From positions 52,265 through 116,264 of the forward strand of contig DAOUIY010000067.1 in NCBI GenBank assembly GCA_034423215.1: DNA of 64,000 nucleotides, given 5' to 3'. Positions within the stretch are counted from its first letter, which is position 1, and each line of letters opens with the position of its first letter. This document shows, piece after piece, positions 20,001 through 28,011 of this stretch. The DNA comes from Dehalococcoidia bacterium. GTDB lineage: Bacteria; Chloroflexota; Dehalococcoidia; Lucifugimonadales; UBA3495. A program made the translations under genes and the position numbers. The notes below the pieces were generated by a model that saw nothing but the letters and a program-made list of their open reading frames with translations, did not search any database and was not told the origin of the DNA.

Positions 20001-20454
20001 AGTGGAGCAGCCCCTGGCCAACGCCAGTTGGGGCGGTTTGCTGGCCCTGATGTTCCTTGCCCTGGTCCTGGCCAGCGCCTCCGGGGTGGTGCTCTATTCC
20101 TACGTGGATACGGGGGAGCGGCGCACCGAGTTCGCCCTGCTGCGCACCCTTGGCTCCTCGGCCGGCCAGTTGAACGGCATGGTATGGTTTAACCTGCTGT
20201 TGATGGTGGTCTGCGGCGTAGTCCTGGGCACGTGGGCCGGTCAGCAGATAGGTGCTACCCTGCTGCCCGTTTTGGAAGTCTCGGAAGGCGGGGTCAGGGT
20301 GACTCCGCCCATGACCCTGCAAGCCAACTGGATGACCCTGGCGGTGGCCTACCTGGCCCTGGCCGCGGTGGCGGTGGCCAACGTGGTGTGGCTGGCCTGG
20401 TTCACCTCCCGCCTCAATATTCAGCAGGTGCTGCGGGCCGGCGAGGGAGGGTAA
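17044..20454 (+). CDS. Large MacB/FtsX-type ABC permease, paralogue of upstream gene
   Basis: 1136 aa; RSAEIALLKSRGAT and RRTEFALLRTLG signatures. Confidence 0.88.
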   Translation: MSFLQLAYVMARRRIATAWRLELVLFLGILLSVALLSSSVVFSDLLAEAALRRALREAAAEDVNFWVRIFQNLEEPATAERRASVYQTSQEFVESRVTSSFEPYVENHARLLETSTFFFTGDPRFNVERDARPRGRIQYMTGLFEPDRSRLLQGSWPADSPAISDAPVPVAIERVGADLLDFRLGQRFQVHPASGDREEELLDVEIVGIFERNDPSNDFWYGREHNFSNHNGEWPTVPLFVTEGTILQRVATEYPGIYSNATWLYDLDRQGFGFEEVEEVQYRIRLMRHEVATALDNSSVSIKLDRLLEDYSEQLVLSRIPLFLMVFLVVGILAYYLALVSALTIRSRSAEIALLKSRGATTPQVGLMVFVEGLLLAAPAVAIGTLLAAPVAGVLGSLFFDVERDGILIALSDRAFLLGAAGALLSVVVLTLSTLVAARQGIVEFRQTGARPARAPLLHRYYLDFLLLALIGIIWWQIQSRDSFLLRPVGRGALEIDFTLLLGPVLGLLALGLVVLRFFPLAVALLARLAEPVGPVWLVQGLRRVGRDPIAPGSLVVLLMLATALGVIGSAFGSTLERSQEDRAWYQVGADLRVEHNGNRKPVTFQGLGEQLEGSVAGLRVAEATRLNGNLLTQGFSSERFALLAVDSREFGQVAWFRPDFADGRSLPFLMRSIAPPARLSEERQLGEVQIHESLLAGGSPGIELPPDATGLALWVNPGQPGARLAMGARIRDATGYTFDTLIGEPGDSGWQRISGELASRPRRGGGEPHPVTPPFTLINLQVTSRLGLNDPGVMFLDELSAITPDGEEVVSDFQDPEDWQVVEDFARPGLYALESSRAVTRQGRSVSLAYSWAPGGTGLRGLRPGGPTAPAPAIVSPDVLELADIEVGEVINISATSFALPVRVVAVADYFPTLDPREQPFMVLDLETFNLFADRQARRPGSGPNEVWAAAPDAGAALTAITAALDQLELNREESLLAEEEVRRRVEQPLANASWGGLLALMFLALVLASASGVVLYSYVDTGERRTEFALLRTLGSSAGQLNGMVWFNLLLMVVCGVVLGTWAGQQIGATLLPVLEVSEGGVRVTPPMTLQANWMTLAVAYLALAAVAVANVVWLAWFTSRLNIQQVLRAGEGG

Positions 20455-20492
20455 TCTATTCAACCCCGGGCGGGGCTGGAAGGATATCTCTG

Positions 20493-21680
20493 ATGACTAT
20501 TGATGGACAGCCGAATTCGACGCCGCAAGGCATGGCCGGCGCAGCATCTCCTGGTGCGTCACCTGCCGGGATGCCAATGACGGCCCCGGACGACCATGGC
20601 CGACCTTACGTGGAATGCCGCGACCTGTTCAAGATATTCAAGCTGGCCGACCTGGAAGTCGTGGCCCTTCGCGGCGTTGACCTGGAAATCCACACCGGAG
20701 AGGTTACGGCCATCGTGGGGGCCAGCGGCAGCGGCAAGACCACGCTGCTAAACATACTGGCCGGCCTCGAAAGGCCCTCGGCGGGACAGGTCCGGGTGGG
20801 CGAACGGGACCTGCTGAACATTTCCGACCACGAGTTGGTGCTCTATCGCCGGCAGGAGGTTGGGTTTGTCTGGCAGTCCACTTCCCGCAACCTGGTGCCC
20901 TACCTTAACGTGCGGGACAACCTGGAGCTGCCCATGGCCATCGCCCGCGTTCCCCGGGCCCAGAGGCGGGAAAGGAGCATGGAACTGCTGGCGGCCATGC
21001 AGATGGAGGACAAGGCCCGGCGTTTCCCCGACCAACTATCGGGCGGGGAACAGCAGCGCGTTTCCATCGGCGTGGCCCTGGCCAACCGCCCGCCCCTGCT
21101 GCTGGCCGACGAACCTACCGGCGAGCTGGACACCCAGATGGCCGACGAGATATTTGGGCTGCTCCGGCAGATGAACCGGGCCTTCGGAGTTACGGTGGTC
21201 GTGGTTACCCACTTTCCCGGCGTCGCCAGCCACACCAGCCGGGTGGTGCACATCAGGGACGGGCGCATCAGCGCAGAGAGTTTCATGCAGACCACCTTCC
21301 GCCGTGACGGTGACCGGGTGCAGCAGGAGTACCTGGTGGTGGACCGGGTGGGAAGGCTGCAACTGCCGCCCGACTACGTGGACAGGCTCAGAAGGAACGG
21401 ACTGGCCGGGCTGGCCGCCGCTGATTTCTCCGACGGGCAGATAACCATTCGTCCGGCGGGCCGGCCGGACACCATTCCCGCGCCAGTCCAGGGCCAGTAC
21501 GCCAACGAAACCGGGCCGGGACTTGAGGCGGAGCCAGACCAGGACTTTAGGCCGGACGCCTCCGGTGAGCTTGGGGCGCCGGCTGCGTCGGAAGCCCCGG
21601 AATCGGAAGCCCCGGAAAAGGCGGCTCAGGAAGCGCCGACTCCCGATCCCCACGCCATGTTCCGCCGCCCTGCCAACTGA
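20493..21680 (+). CDS. ABC ATP-binding protein (LolD/MacB type) with C-terminal AbrB-like extension
   Basis: GASGSGKTT, LSGGEQQRV, LADEPTGELD; then YLVVDRVGRLQLP. Confidence 0.9.
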   Translation: MTIDGQPNSTPQGMAGAASPGASPAGMPMTAPDDHGRPYVECRDLFKIFKLADLEVVALRGVDLEIHTGEVTAIVGASGSGKTTLLNILAGLERPSAGQVRVGERDLLNISDHELVLYRRQEVGFVWQSTSRNLVPYLNVRDNLELPMAIARVPRAQRRERSMELLAAMQMEDKARRFPDQLSGGEQQRVSIGVALANRPPLLLADEPTGELDTQMADEIFGLLRQMNRAFGVTVVVVTHFPGVASHTSRVVHIRDGRISAESFMQTTFRRDGDRVQQEYLVVDRVGRLQLPPDYVDRLRRNGLAGLAAADFSDGQITIRPAGRPDTIPAPVQGQYANETGPGLEAEPDQDFRPDASGELGAPAASEAPESEAPEKAAQEAPTPDPHAMFRRPAN

Positions 21681-21906
21681 GAAGAACGGCAATAAGAAAC
21701 TATCTCAAGAGTCCCTCCCCCCTTGCTGGCCTCGTCCTATCAAAGGGGGTGACGGATGGCGCAATGCTACTACCAGTACCAAATACGAAGTCCGATAACC
21801 TTTTAGGGATAGTCTCTAAGGCCGGGCAATGCCGGGCCCGGGAGGGCGGCGATGCTCAACTTCCGCCATACCCGGACCAAAGCAAACCAACAGGAACAGT
21901 GCAGCC

Positions 21907-22686
21907 ATGACAACACAGCCGCCCACGCCAGGGAGCCAGTCGCCATTGGGCCAGTCGCCATCGGGCCAAACCGGGGTTGCCGCAGCGGCTCCGATTCCCG
22001 CTTCCAGCATTATTTCCGCCAGGGGCTTGAGTAAGGTGTTCGGCGCAGGAGACCAGGCAGTAACCGCCGTAAATTCCGTGGACATGGACATAAGGCCCGG
22101 GGAGTTCCTGGCAATAACCGGCCGGTCGGGGTCGGGCAAGACAACGCTGCTCAACCTGCTGGCCGGCCTGGACCAGCCCACCGACGGGCGGGTGGTGTTC
22201 GAGGGCCGCAACCTGAATGAGTTTACGGAAAGGCAGTTGGTGGAGTTGCGCCGGACCCGCATTGCCTTCGTGTTTCAGTCCTTTGGGCTGATACCCCTCC
22301 TGTCGGCCTACGAAAACGTGGAACTCCCCCTGCACATCGGCGGGGCCAACTGGCGGGAACGCCGTCAACGGGCGGCGGAATCGCTGGAGTTGGTAGGACT
22401 GGGCTCCCGGACCGGCCACCGTCCCTATGAGCTGTCCGGCGGCGAACAGCAGCGAGTGGCTATAGCGCGAGCCCTGGTTACCGGGCCGTCAGTGCTGTTT
22501 GCCGATGAACCTACCGGAGAACTGGACAGCGTCACCGGCATATCCATTTCCACCATCCTGCGGGACATCGCCCGGGACCGGGGCGTCACGGTAATCACAG
22601 CCACCCACGACCTGACCCTGGCCGGCATGTGTACCCGGAGGCTGGCCATGGCCGACGGCATGTTCACCGCCGCCGCCAACGATTAA
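21907..22686 (+). CDS. ABC ATP-binding protein (LolD/MacB type)
   Basis: GRSGSGKTT, LSGGEQQRV, FADEPTGELD. Confidence 0.92.
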   Translation: MTTQPPTPGSQSPLGQSPSGQTGVAAAAPIPASSIISARGLSKVFGAGDQAVTAVNSVDMDIRPGEFLAITGRSGSGKTTLLNLLAGLDQPTDGRVVFEGRNLNEFTERQLVELRRTRIAFVFQSFGLIPLLSAYENVELPLHIGGANWRERRQRAAESLELVGLGSRTGHRPYELSGGEQQRVAIARALVTGPSVLFADEPTGELDSVTGISISTILRDIARDRGVTVITATHDLTLAGMCTRRLAMADGMFTAAAND

Positions 22687-22810
22687 TGGACTGCAGGATG
22701 GAGCCGGGGGCAAGACTCATGGGAGGAATATCGGGTACTGCCGGAACTTTGCTTTCGCCGTTAAGGGCAGGTTGACGGTTCAGAAATGGAGGGAATGAAA
22801 AGCCCAAGGA

Positions 22811-22840
22811 CCGTCATTCCCGCCTGCGCGGGAACGACGG
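22811..22840. repeat. Single-hairpin family-A element
   Basis: CCGTCATTCCCGCCTGCGCGGGAACGACGG. Confidence 0.7.
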
Positions 22841-22935
22841 TAATGGGAGCAACCTGACCTCTTCAACTGTGAACTGTTACCGGGCAGACAGGGCAATCGC
22901 GTTTTAACGAATCATCCTCCTGAGCGGCCAAAACT

Positions 22936-23048
22936 GTCATTCTGAACGGAGTGAAGAATCCAAAAACCTTCCCAAAGCCCGGTTACGGACCCGAAAGTTG
23001 GCTTGGGGGCAGGATTTTAGGCCCTTCGGCAAGCTCAGGGCGACATGA
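22936..23048. repeat. Family-B-related element
   Basis: GTCATTCTGAACGGAGTGAAGAATC ... CCCTTCGGCAAGCTCAGGGCGACATGAC. Confidence 0.65.
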
Positions 23049-23179
23049 CCTCCCGCTTGGACGTATAGCCTAGCCCAAAACGCGATTGCCCTGACCGGGC
23101 AGATGGTTTTGTTGCCTGTACCCGGTCTGTGTGTTAAATTATCGGCAATAACACCCTTCGGAAGGCAAAGGAGAGTCGA

Positions 23180-23365
23180 ATGGCATTTGTAACTCCTAGA
23201 GAAGGCGAGAGCCCGGAAAGCCTGGTAAACCGGTTTCGTGCCTCCGTGCAGCACGCGGGCATTCTGCGTGAACTGAAGGACCGGCGCTTCTTCAGGTCCA
23301 AGGCCCAGAAGGAACGGTTGGCCGCCCAGCGCGCCGCCCGCCGCCGTCGCCGCCAGCGCCGCTAG
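23180..23365 (+). CDS. rpsU: 30S ribosomal protein bS21
   Basis: 61 aa; REGESPESLVNRF, GILRELKDRRFF, Arg-rich tail. Confidence 0.9.
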   Translation: MAFVTPREGESPESLVNRFRASVQHAGILRELKDRRFFRSKAQKERLAAQRAARRRRRQRR

Positions 23366-23400
23366 AATATCCGGCAGGACATTTCATCAGTGAAACCGAT

Positions 23401-23427
23401 GGCCCGTTTGACGGGCCTTTCTATTTT
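23401..23427 (+). terminator. Intrinsic terminator after rpsU
   Basis: GGCCCGT-TTG-ACGGGCC followed by TTTCTATTTT. Confidence 0.65.
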
Positions 23428-23487
23428 CCGGCGCCCCCACCAACCCGGCGCCCGGCGCAACGTATGGGGCCAACAGGAGCAACCGCA

Positions 23488-24705
23488 ATGACCGACCGGC
23501 AGCGTCCCAACAGGGATATCCTTAATGCCTTTTGCCAGGACGACGATGTCCACCTGCCCGGCGGGGAGGGGCCGCTGGCCGGGCTGACCTTTGCGTCCAA
23601 GGACATTTTCGACGTCGCCGGCCACGTAACAGGGGGCGGCAATCCCGCCTGGAAGGCCACCCATGGCCCCGCCGAAGCCCACGCCTGGGTGGTCCAGCAA
23701 CTGGTGGACGCGGGCGCCGAGCTAGTTGGCAAGACCATCACCGACGAACTCACCCGGGGCATTTTCGGCGAAAACGTGCATTACGGAACCCCGGTCAACC
23801 CCCGCGCTACGGGAAGGGTGCCGGGCGGTTCATCCAGCGGGTCCGCCTCCGCGGTGGCCGGCGAAGTTGTGGATTTTGCCCTGGGCTCCGATACGGGCGG
23901 TTCGGTGCGGGTCCCTGCCAGCTTCTGCGGGCTATACGGGCTGCGGCCCACCCATGGCCGCATTCCCAGGGGCGGGATGCTGCTCCAGGCTCCCAGCTAC
24001 GATACCATTGGCTGGTTCGCCAGGGACCCGGAGACCTTTGAACGGGTGGGTCGCGTTCTGCTGAAGTCCGGCGGCTCCGCCACCCTGCCCCGCAACCTGG
24101 CAATCGCCGAAGACGCCTTCGATCTGGCCGAGACGGCAACGAGGGAAGCCCTTAGGGCGGCAGCGGCTAGGGTGGGTTCCCTCTTTGACTCCGTTGCCAC
24201 CGTGCGGCTGTCGCCCACCAGCCTGACCGACTGGTCCAACCAGCAGCAGATTCTGCAGAGCCGGGAAGCCTGGGAGGCGGTCAGGGAGTGGATTGACCGG
24301 GTGAATCCTGCGTTCAGCTTCGAGGTATCCGACCGGTATGCCCTGGCCAGGGCGGTAACCGACGAGCAAGTGGCAGCGGCCCAGGCCGGCCGGGAAGCCA
24401 TAGTGGCCCGCATGAACCAGGTCTTTGAAGGTGGGGAAACCGTGGTATGCCTGCCCACCACAATCGGGCCGGCCCCGCCCACCGGGCAACCGGTATCCCA
24501 GCGGCACGAGTTGCGCCTGCGCAACAGCGCATTGACGTCCATCGCCGGCAACACGGGCAGGCCGCAGATTTCCCTGCCCCTGGTCGAGGTAGATGGGTTG
24601 CCCGTCGGTTTTTCCCTTCTCGGCGACCGGGGCGCCGACGAGTCCCTGATGACGTTGGCCGCCAGGGCCGCCGAGGTCTTCTCGGCCAGGCGTCAAGAGG
24701 GCTGA
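23488..24705 (+). CDS. Amidase signature family protein
   Basis: SKDIFDV (Lys), PGGSSSGSA, LGSDTGGSVRVPASFCG; lacks N-terminal helical domain. Confidence 0.92.
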   Translation: MTDRQRPNRDILNAFCQDDDVHLPGGEGPLAGLTFASKDIFDVAGHVTGGGNPAWKATHGPAEAHAWVVQQLVDAGAELVGKTITDELTRGIFGENVHYGTPVNPRATGRVPGGSSSGSASAVAGEVVDFALGSDTGGSVRVPASFCGLYGLRPTHGRIPRGGMLLQAPSYDTIGWFARDPETFERVGRVLLKSGGSATLPRNLAIAEDAFDLAETATREALRAAAARVGSLFDSVATVRLSPTSLTDWSNQQQILQSREAWEAVREWIDRVNPAFSFEVSDRYALARAVTDEQVAAAQAGREAIVARMNQVFEGGETVVCLPTTIGPAPPTGQPVSQRHELRLRNSALTSIAGNTGRPQISLPLVEVDGLPVGFSLLGDRGADESLMTLAARAAEVFSARRQEG

Positions 24706-24745
24706 AACAGCAGAGCGATTTAGCACGATAATGTTGATTTGCGGC

Positions 24746-24795
24746 ATTGGCGAGCCAATTGCCACATTGACACTTGGTCAGACCAATGATAGATT
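24746..24795 (+). promoter_or_regulatory. Sigma70 promoter with two FadR/GntR-type palindromes
   Basis: TTGACA(24767)-17-TAGATT(24790); TTGGTCAGACCAA at 24774-24786 and ATTGGCGAGCCAAT at 24746-24759. Confidence 0.55.
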
Positions 24796-24884
24796 GTTCG
24801 TGAAAGTATTAACAAACTGAATGATTGCGCAGATCATTGGCCGGCTGTTGTTGGCCGGGCGCAGTTTTCCTCGGGAGGACTAAA

Positions 24885-25202
24885 TTGCCCCGCTACGATT
24901 ACCAGTGCACCAGTTGCGATCACCGTTTTGAATTGGTCCAGACCTTCAAGGAAGCCGGTTCCGGCGCCTGTCCCGACTGCGGCGGCGAGGGTCGCCGCGT
25001 TTTCCACGCCGTTCCGGTCATCTACAAGGGATCGGGCTTTTACACAACCGATTATGGCCGCCCCAAGTCGCCCCCCTCGGACAGCAAGGAGAAGGAGACT
25101 TCCTCCGGCTCCGAATCAAAGTCTTCCGACTCTTCCGGCGGCTCTTCTTCCGAGTCCACCAGCGATTCTTCGTCCAAGGCCACGTCGGAAGCTACAGTCT
25201 AG
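24885..25202 (+). CDS. FmdB family zinc-ribbon protein
   Basis: TTG start after GGAGG; MPRYDYQCTSC..CPDCGG, YKGSGFYTTDY, Ser-rich tail. Confidence 0.9.
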   Translation: MPRYDYQCTSCDHRFELVQTFKEAGSGACPDCGGEGRRVFHAVPVIYKGSGFYTTDYGRPKSPPSDSKEKETSSGSESKSSDSSGGSSSESTSDSSSKATSEATV

Positions 25203-25338
25203 CCCGCTCTAGTCCCAGAAATTCAACTGCCGCAGGCCCGTTAAGGGTTCCTGCGGCTTTTTAACCCGGAATTTGGCCGGCGACCAGGGAATGTTGCAGG
25301 GAACGGGATAACCGGGCCCGCGTTTCAGGGGGAGGTCA

Positions 25339-25800
25339 TTGAGGGCGTTAATCCAGAGAGTTGCCGGGGCTTCGGTTACGGTGGGCGGCAGCCCGGTGGG
25401 CCAGATAGGGCCCGGCCTGGTGGTCTTGCTGGGAGTCTCGGAGGAAGATACGGAGGCCGACGCACAGTACCTGGTGGACAAGACTGTCAACCTGCGCATC
25501 TTTGCCGACGAGCAGAACCGCTTCAACCGATCGGCCCTGGATACCGGGGCGGAGTTGCTCCTGGTCAGCCAGTTCACCCTCTACGCCGACACCCGGAAGG
25601 GGCGGCGGCCCGATTTCACCAGGGCCGCGCCTCCCGAACAGGCGGAACGACTCTACCAGCATTCCGTTGAGTTGTTCCGCGCCGCCGGCCTGAAGGTATC
25701 CACCGGCATTTTCCAGGAATACATGCAGGTCTCCCTGCAGAACGACGGCCCGGTTACGCTTATGCTGGACAGCGCCGACCGCCATCGGCCCAGAAGATAG
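25339..25800 (+). CDS. dtd: D-aminoacyl-tRNA deacylase
   Basis: MRALIQRV, LLVSQFTL, KGRRPDF, NDGPVT. Confidence 0.97.
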   Translation: MRALIQRVAGASVTVGGSPVGQIGPGLVVLLGVSEEDTEADAQYLVDKTVNLRIFADEQNRFNRSALDTGAELLLVSQFTLYADTRKGRRPDFTRAAPPEQAERLYQHSVELFRAAGLKVSTGIFQEYMQVSLQNDGPVTLMLDSADRHRPRR

Positions 25801-25921
25801 CGGCCTTCCGGCGGCCGGCCACAAACCCGGTTTCGATACTCACCTGGGACGGCCCTGATGCCGGCGCCCAGGCAGACGCAATGCGGCGTCGGTAAGCTGG
25901 CGGCCCCAACCCCATGCGCCT

Positions 25922-26452
25922 CTACCGCGGATACCACCCCATGCCCTGGTAGAAGCCCCGCAAGTAGGCAATCTGCCCGCCATGAGCTACGTTGTCCCAG
26001 GTGCGCTGCCCCAGCGCGGACCCCACCGTCCTGGGCTCGGTAAAGGGCGGAATTACTACCTGCCTTTCCAGGTCATCCAGGGTAAGGCCCTCCAGATAAT
26101 CGGCGGCCAGGCGCTTTACTGCTTCGTAGTAGCCCAGCTGAACCTCCACCGCCGGAGGCTGCCATTCGGCAACCTGCCCCGCGGTCCAGCCCACGCCCCG
26201 CTCATCCGGGTCCGCTGCCATGCCGTACTTGTCGTGCCAGCCGTCCCGAATCCACAGCTGGGGCTGCTCGGTAAGCCAGACATTAATCAGGGCGTCCCAT
26301 ACCCGGTTCATGTGCCAGAGTATCCACGACACGGAGTTGGAAGAGTCGTTGGGACGGCGGGCCATTGTCTCGTAGTCCATGCCCTCCAGGGCGCGGTCAA
26401 CCATGTCCCAGTTTCGTTCCAGGGCGGTGGCTATTCCGTCGGTTACGGGCAT
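25922..26452 (-). CDS. DinB family protein
   Basis: NSVSWILWHM, DNVAHGGQIAYLRG. Confidence 0.85.
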   Translation of the reverse strand: MPVTDGIATALERNWDMVDRALEGMDYETMARRPNDSSNSVSWILWHMNRVWDALINVWLTEQPQLWIRDGWHDKYGMAADPDERGVGWTAGQVAEWQPPAVEVQLGYYEAVKRLAADYLEGLTLDDLERQVVIPPFTEPRTVGSALGQRTWDNVAHGGQIAYLRGFYQGMGWYPR

Positions 26453-26464
26453 TAGCGGACTCCT

Positions 26465-27013
26465 TTAATCAACAATTTCCGCCTTGGCGCCATCGGGCAG
26501 TTCCACCTCAAAGGCCGTCAGAATCTGCCCGACCAGGAGGTAGTGCCCGATGAGTCCGGTTATGTCCACCGTGTTCTGGGTGCCGAACCGCTCCATCACC
26601 GCGTTGAAGGTGCCGTCGCTGATTTTCCGGTTCTGGAGAAGTTCCTGAACGTAGCGGACAACCAGCTCCTCGTCGCCGGAGAGACCCTGGGGAGCCGTGC
26701 CCCGGGCGATGGCACCGATGGTCTCCTCGGTTACGCCGTGGCCCCTGGCCAAGCGGGCGTGAGCGGCAAACTCGTACTGGTTCCGAATCTCCCGGGCGGT
26801 GGCGATGATGATGACTTCCTTCAGGGCCTCGGGAATGTCAAAGTCAAAGCGCACGTAGGTGCCGGTGTGGGCGACCCTGGCCGCCAGCTTCGGGCTGTGG
26901 AGCAGCACGCCGTAGGGGCCCCTCACACTGCCCCGGCTGCCAACAATCTCGTCAAAAAAATGCTGGTCCTCTGCGGACAGTTCCTCTCTGGTTACATTGG
27001 GTAGTCGTGCCAT
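26465..27013 (-). CDS. Carboxymuconolactone decarboxylase (AhpD-like) family protein
   Basis: GPYGVLLHSP, KEVIIIATAR, YEFAAHARLA, TGLIGHY; no CxxC. Confidence 0.85.
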   Translation of the reverse strand: MARLPNVTREELSAEDQHFFDEIVGSRGSVRGPYGVLLHSPKLAARVAHTGTYVRFDFDIPEALKEVIIIATAREIRNQYEFAAHARLARGHGVTEETIGAIARGTAPQGLSGDEELVVRYVQELLQNRKISDGTFNAVMERFGTQNTVDITGLIGHYLLVGQILTAFEVELPDGAKAEIVD

Positions 27014-27156
27014 GTTTGCCCTCTCCTTTAAGCTGAACGGGTTGAATGGTGCCGGGGTTGTGCCGGGTTGATTCTGCTAACTGGCCTCTCGGGTATGAAC
27101 CGGCCCTTCGGGGCGCGCAGCCCGAAATGTCCCAATTTACGCTGATATGTTACCGC

Positions 27157-28011
27157 CTATGGGAACTCCAGGTCGAGGCTGATGTCCAGGGCCCTGGTGG
27201 AGTGGGTCAGGCCGCCGATGGAAATCAGGTGAACCCCCGTTTCCGCCACCGCCCGGACCGTTTCCATGTTGATGCCCCCGGAGGCTTCCACCACGGCCTT
27301 TTCTCCAATAATATCCATCGCCGCCTGCATCATGGGAACGGGCATATTATCCAGCATAATGATGTGGGCGCCTGCTTCCAGGGCCTGGCTGACTCCCTCC
27401 AGGGACTCCACCTCCACTTCTACCTTGATGGTGTGGGAAGCCCTCTCGACGGCCAGGCGAATCACGTCTTCCAGGCCCATTTCCCGGGAGGCCAGGGCTT
27501 CGATGTGGTTGTCCTTAATCAGGATGCCGTCGGCCAGGTTCAGGCGATGGTTGTGGCCGCCGCCCATGCGGACCGAGTATTTGTCCAGGTAACGATGGCC
27601 CGGGGCCGTCTTGCGGGTATCCACAATGCGGGCGCGGCAGCCTTCGATGGCCCGGACGTAGCGGTTGGTGTCGCTGGCAATGCCGCTCATCCGCTGCATG
27701 AAATTCAAGGCTATGCGCTCCGCTTTCAGGATGCTGGCCGCTGAACCCTCCACCGTGGCGATGTCATCGCCGGGGCTTAGGGAATTGCCGTCGGCCAGCA
27801 GCGGCGCAAAGGCCAATTGGCTGTCAACCCGGTGAAACACAGCGCCGGCCACGTCCAGGCCGGCCAGCACTCCCACGTCCTTGGCCCGGAGCATTCCGAC
27901 TCCCCTTATGTCGGGGGGTATCAGCAGCCCCGTGGTGGGGTCGTTGAAAGTCTCGTCCTCAGACAGCGCGGCGTCTATAAGATTGTAAACTTCCGGCGGA
28001 AGTTGGGTCAT
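27157..28011 (-). CDS. nadC: Nicotinate-nucleotide diphosphorylase (quinolinate phosphoribosyltransferase)
   Basis: ERIALNF, DTRKTAPG, NHRLNLAD, IKDNH, EVEV, IMLDN, EASGG; start at ATG overlapping nadB stop. Confidence 0.96.
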   Translation of the reverse strand: MTQLPPEVYNLIDAALSEDETFNDPTTGLLIPPDIRGVGMLRAKDVGVLAGLDVAGAVFHRVDSQLAFAPLLADGNSLSPGDDIATVEGSAASILKAERIALNFMQRMSGIASDTNRYVRAIEGCRARIVDTRKTAPGHRYLDKYSVRMGGGHNHRLNLADGILIKDNHIEALASREMGLEDVIRLAVERASHTIKVEVEVESLEGVSQALEAGAHIIMLDNMPVPMMQAAMDIIGEKAVVEASGGINMETVRAVAETGVHLISIGGLTHSTRALDISLDLEFP

